DNA of 62,942 nt. Origin: Saccostrea cucullata (Eukaryota). Shown here in pieces: positions 59,024 to 62,942 of this stretch (its first letter is position 1; each line of letters begins with the position of its first letter). Both the position numbers and the translations under genes were made by a program. The stretch is taken from the NCBI RefSeq assembly GCF_032062105.1, contig NW_026935111.1:1-62942 (forward strand). The letters are read 5' to 3'. Under the pieces are notes generated by a model, which did not search any database, was not told where the DNA came from, and was given only the letters and a program-made list of their open reading frames with translations.

Positions 59024-60447
59024 TGACTAGAGTCATTATGGGTTCCCCTTTTATTTTTCGGCTTTGAGTTTTTCTTTGGACATTTTGAACTTATATGGCC
59101 AGTTTCATTACAAGCGTAACAAACTATTTCTCGAGGCCCATTACGACCATTAGGTCTTTTCTCGTAAGGACCATTGTGTCCTTTAATTTCCAAAGACTTC
59201 AGTGTTTTCTGAATCATGTGTTGAATAGATTCTTCTAGTTTTTCAAGATTTACATGACTATTGTCATTTTTATCCGTGGGCGGAAGAACAGCGCGTGCAT
59301 AACCAACATGTGGTTTCTCAATGTCCTGCGGTTTCCGTGGGGTGTCTTGTGACCCTTCAAACGACTCAAATTCGAGTGCCAGAGAAATAGCGCGATCTAG
59401 CGTTTTAGGATGAGTAAACTGCACGTAGCGTTTTAGTTCGTGACAACCTAAACCAGCGACAAACTGTTCAACAGTAAGACTTTCACGCATATCTGAAGGA
59501 AATGTAGGGAAAGCGCGACCAGCTAGTCGCCTTAACGAGTATCCATATTCGGACACTGTTTCACCTGGTTTCCGTTTTCTATTACGAAACTCGCACCTGT
59601 ATGCCGTTTCACGCTCAGGTGGAGAAAATCGCTGAGTTAGCGCGCATTTTAACTCGACATAGTTGCCTAGTTCCCTATACGAGAGCTCACTAAAAACTCT
59701 TTGCGCTCGACCTCTCAAACTCATAGCTAACTGTGTAGCTTTCTCAGCATCTGTCCACTCGTTCCACATTGCAACTTCCTCGAAATGGCATAAATAATCG
59801 GGCCATTCTGTATTCTCTGCGTTGTACACGTCCGGTTCTTTGTATTTTCTAAAACGATTGTTTCTTTTAGACTCAGACTGGTTTCCATAATTATTAAAAA
59901 CACTTTGTTCTTTCTCAAAATTAACCTGAGGTGTTTTACAAACATTAAGTTTATCTCTGCCATATTTATTTGCGTAAGAATCACGCAGTGTGCTAGCTTT
60001 CGTTCGCATAAAGTTAGCATCGGAATGGCTTTTCATACTCTTTGTGTACGACGTCACGTGATCTATGGATTCGTCTGTATTTTGTCTATACATCGGTGAA
60101 AAACATCTGTTTTCTGATTGATTAGGTGAGAAATACGATGAATTTCGGGGACACTCAGTATCAGAGTTTATTTTGGAATCAGAATTATCTGATTTATATC
60201 CACGTTCCATCGACAATGACGGAGAAAAAGATGAAACAAGCGTGTCGTATGCAGAATCTTCGTCAAGTAAGTGCGTGGATCTAACATTTTTCACTTTCGC
60301 ATTGTCGGAAACTTTAGCAGTTTCATTACATCCTATTTTAGAATTTCCTCCAGATTTAGAGGATTGTTCATCCGATTTACAAGTAACACGAAGAAAACTT
60401 GGAATGAAAAATCGCAAAATTGCGAGAAACCCTCCCCAAAAAGACAT
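58990..60447 (-). CDS. gag: Gag with CCHC zinc knuckle
   Basis: Retrotransposon capsid-like region (WPDYLCHFE...W, LRGRA, RKPGETVSEY) and CYACNETGHISSKC. First ATG at 60447. Confidence 0.92.
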   Translation of the reverse strand: MSFWGGFLAILRFFIPSFLRVTCKSDEQSSKSGGNSKIGCNETAKVSDNAKVKNVRSTHLLDEDSAYDTLVSSFSPSLSMERGYKSDNSDSKINSDTECPRNSSYFSPNQSENRCFSPMYRQNTDESIDHVTSYTKSMKSHSDANFMRTKASTLRDSYANKYGRDKLNVCKTPQVNFEKEQSVFNNYGNQSESKRNNRFRKYKEPDVYNAENTEWPDYLCHFEEVAMWNEWTDAEKATQLAMSLRGRAQRVFSELSYRELGNYVELKCALTQRFSPPERETAYRCEFRNRKRKPGETVSEYGYSLRRLAGRAFPTFPSDMRESLTVEQFVAGLGCHELKRYVQFTHPKTLDRAISLALEFESFEGSQDTPRKPQDIEKPHVGYARAVLPPTDKNDNSHVNLEKLEESIQHMIQKTLKSLEIKGHNGPYEKRPNGRNGPREIVCYACNETGHISSKCPKKNSKPKNKRGTHNDSSHLNENGLSPRP

Positions 60448-60517
60448 TGTATGTAAATAAATACACAGCGTCAATCGACGCGTAAAAATCCAAGATAAAA
60501 CACCAAAATATTCTTTT

Positions 60518-60537
60518 ATCCTCGGAACGAGCCCCCA
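60518..60537 (-). other. Primer binding site, tRNA-Pro
   Basis: TGGGGGCTCGTTCCGAGGAT compared with the canonical PBS-Pro TGGGGGCTCGTCCGGGAT. Confidence 0.85.
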
Positions 60538-60547
60538 AAAATATCTA

Positions 60548-61591
60548 TGTAACGGGACTGTCTAGGGGTTAGTCCCGTACATAAGTCCGAGTTCAAAGGA
60601 TAAAAGAATGACAAGAATTTCAGTGTTTAAAGAATTACTATATTCTGTTGCAATATTTACAATTTACAAACAAACGTAAAAGATATGAAACAATATCATT
60701 TGTTATACCCTTATAAATATCCTTCTATATATTTATTACTAATAAAAAGTCCAACAAAAGAAATGTTTATTACGTCGGTCTAACAATTTCACTATTGACC
60801 GGTCTTACATAAGAATTGTTAGACCGCAACGTCACTTGTCTGTTACGTCACAATTAATAATCATCGTTCAATATCGGCGACGCGAAAATAGCCGAAGTTA
60901 GGAGCTATTTTAAAAGAGTTGTTGCTAACAGCAAGGTAAGGTAGAAGGGAAGAGTATGTTTTGTGATAAATAATTTTTGTGATATAATAGATTTATAATT
61001 GATTTTGTTCTTTCTCAGCTTGATGTTTTATATTTACTGAAGAAGCCATAATTTTCCATATAAAATAATTGATAGTAAAGCGTGTATTGATAAAATTGAT
61101 CAATCTTAAGTGAGCAGTGAAGGGTAGAACAAAACAGTTATAGACTGGGATTCGGACAACATATGATTTGTTGGACCTGAAGATGAAAATGTTGCCCTTG
61201 GCCTGCGGCCTCGGGCAACATTTTCACCTTCAGGTCCAACAAATCATATGTTGCCCTCATACCCAGTCAATAACTGTATAATAAAATCCAAGAATGCAAT
61301 AATTACCATTGTAGAAATTTAGCCCCAGTCCCCGAAAATACGTCTGATAAGTAATTAATGATAATGTAGACTCTCTGATTACACAATATACATAGCATAT
61401 AATAATAGTAAACCCCGGCCGGGTACTATAGACCCGGGCGCGCCCAACCCGAACGGGTTATTAACAAAGGGGAATGACTCTAAACAACAAGTAATGACAA
61501 ATAGAGGGAAATATGAATAAAATAAGGCACATATACATAAATACATATAATTGCATACACATATAATTAAATATAGGTAAAAACCACCACA
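60548..61591 (-). repeat. 5' LTR interrupted by a 581-bp insertion
   Basis: Matches the 3' LTR on both sides of 60700-61280. Confidence 0.95.
60700..61280. mobile_element. Hairpin element H6 inserted in the 5' LTR without a TSD
   Basis: The 3' LTR gives the empty site aatatcat|ataaaatcc. TTTGTTATACCCTT (60699-60712) pairs with AAGGGTAGAACAAA (61120-61133). Palindrome at 61134-61277. Confidence 0.9.
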
Positions 61592-61629
61592 AGAAGATAA
61601 ATTTATGGCAAAAAGATTAATAATAAAAG

Positions 61630-62078
61630 TTTATTATATACCTAATGTGTATCACCCAATTTTACTGTTGAATTTACGCTATCACGTGACGTCGTGAACC
61701 GATTTTCCGGATCACCAACATGTTGTTTTCAGAATCCATATCACCACTCTCTGAACTGATGACGTAGTACGCAGAAATATGACGTTATTTTTCTTGCGCG
61801 TTAAAAATCCCTTGTTATTATGCTTTGTTTTATGGATAAATGTCATGCAATTGATTTCTGAAGTTTTCTTTTGCTATATTTTGCTAGTTATGAGGGGGTA
61901 TATAATAAATTTATCATTATAACAGTAACTTGATCCGAAGAGCCGTATCACGTCTCGTTTACAGGCGCGGATCATAAGATAAAAAAAGACGCTTCGCGTC
62001 TCGTTAGATCTGATGATCCGCGCCTGTCAACTCGACGTGATACGACCCTTCGGATCAAGTTACTGTTATAATAATATA
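61630..62078. mobile_element. Hairpin element H7
   Basis: Perfect 13-bp pair TTTATTATATACC (61630-61642) / GGTATATAATAAA (61897-61909). Palindrome at 61916-62072 with tip GACGC-TTC-GCGTC. Confidence 0.78.
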
Positions 62079-62095
62079 TATATCTCTGGACCCGC

Positions 62096-62410
62096 CCCGC
62101 ACGTAGCAACAGGGGGGCGGGGGGCTGCCCCCTCACTTTTCCCCCCAACCTTACTTATACTATTGATAAATGTACCTTGAAAGGCTGGTTGCCCCCCCCC
62201 CCCCACTGTATGTGATATAAGGAAAATGTAAAAAAAAATTGGTACTGAAAGAAGTTGGTTTTGAAAAAAAGTTGGCCTCTAACCCCCCTCCCCCTCCCAC
62301 GAAATTGGATTTTCGACTTTGGGAACCCCCTTTTTTGCTTGTAAACTTATTCAGTTAGGTAAATAAATATTTCTCTGCCTTCCCCTTTCAAAATCGGTGC
62401 TACGTGGCTG
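62096..62410. mobile_element. Probable short hAT-like MITE with G/C runs
   Basis: Imperfect inverted ends CACGTAGCA / TGCTACGTG; the TSD is unclear. Confidence 0.4.
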
Positions 62411-62942
62411 CCCGGGGTGTATATTTGGGGGTGGGGAGGGGGGGGGGTCTTGTCCACAAGCACCTGTGGGCTACAAGCACCGCTAGGATATGAGGTTGAA
62501 TTTCCGGACGGGTTAATCAGTGGTTGTGATTTTTGATAAAAAAGAATTTTCATTTATCATTGGAAGTAAATGCTAAATCCATGTATTTTCCTTAATGGCG
62601 ACCAGGAACAAATCCCTCCTTTAATTAAAAGTTAAAAATATAAGACTGTTTGATTAACTTAAAATTTGCTATTAAAATATAACATTGCGCCCATTACTCC
62701 TTGCATACTTCTTGACCTTAAAGGGATTGACATTATTATTAAATTTGCAAGATCGATTTGTCCTCATTCGGGACTGGAGTACTAGTACTACAGCGGGTAC
62801 TTATTTTATATACAGTATTGTATAAGTTGAGATAAAATAATTTTTTTCATGTTAAGCCATATTTTAAAATAATAATGTTTGTTTGCCATGCAAGAATAAT
62901 AATAACATGAACCAGGATTAAAATCGGGGCGGCACTATACGT

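Larger units (their letters stand above)
53093..61591 (-). mobile_element. Full-length Ty3/Gypsy LTR retrotransposon
   Basis: TG...CA LTRs, 4-bp TSD agaa (53089-53092, 61592-61595), PBS, PPT, gag, and pol in PR-RT-RH-IN order. Confidence 0.97.

Overview
AT-rich eukaryotic DNA, most likely from an oyster (Ostreidae); this is inferred from the SINE/HINE repeat types and the gene families. From left to right the window holds four main blocks. (1) The 3' flank of an unseen upstream paralogue, then a pseudogenised DZIP3-type HEPN + nSTAND3 NTPase + ~20-ankyrin gene (+, 6012-17670). Its intron holds nested transposons: hAT > probable solo LTR > Kolobok > hairpin element. (2) A complete neogenin/DCC/frazzled gene (-, 49230-21007; 28 exons, ~1495 aa), with several tandem repeats that each copy a splice junction. 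(3) A transposon-dense upstream region. (4) A full-length Ty3/Gypsy element (-, 53093-61591) with a tRNA-Pro PBS, a -1 frameshift signal and an extra C2H2 zinc-finger/coiled-coil ORF in the env position. The most striking pattern is seven non-coding elements of 0.37-1 kb (excluding nested inserts) with dissimilar bodies but one shared layout, A'-body-A|B-hairpin-B', plus an eighth isolated hairpin. The internal junction is complementary to the two joined ends, the cleanest empty/filled comparison shows no TSD, and the hairpin tip is always a cGNAg/cGNNAg stable DNA loop on the same element strand. This suggests mobilisation through a folded single-stranded DNA intermediate (Crypton/DIRS-like; inference). 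All coordinates and counts were read by eye.
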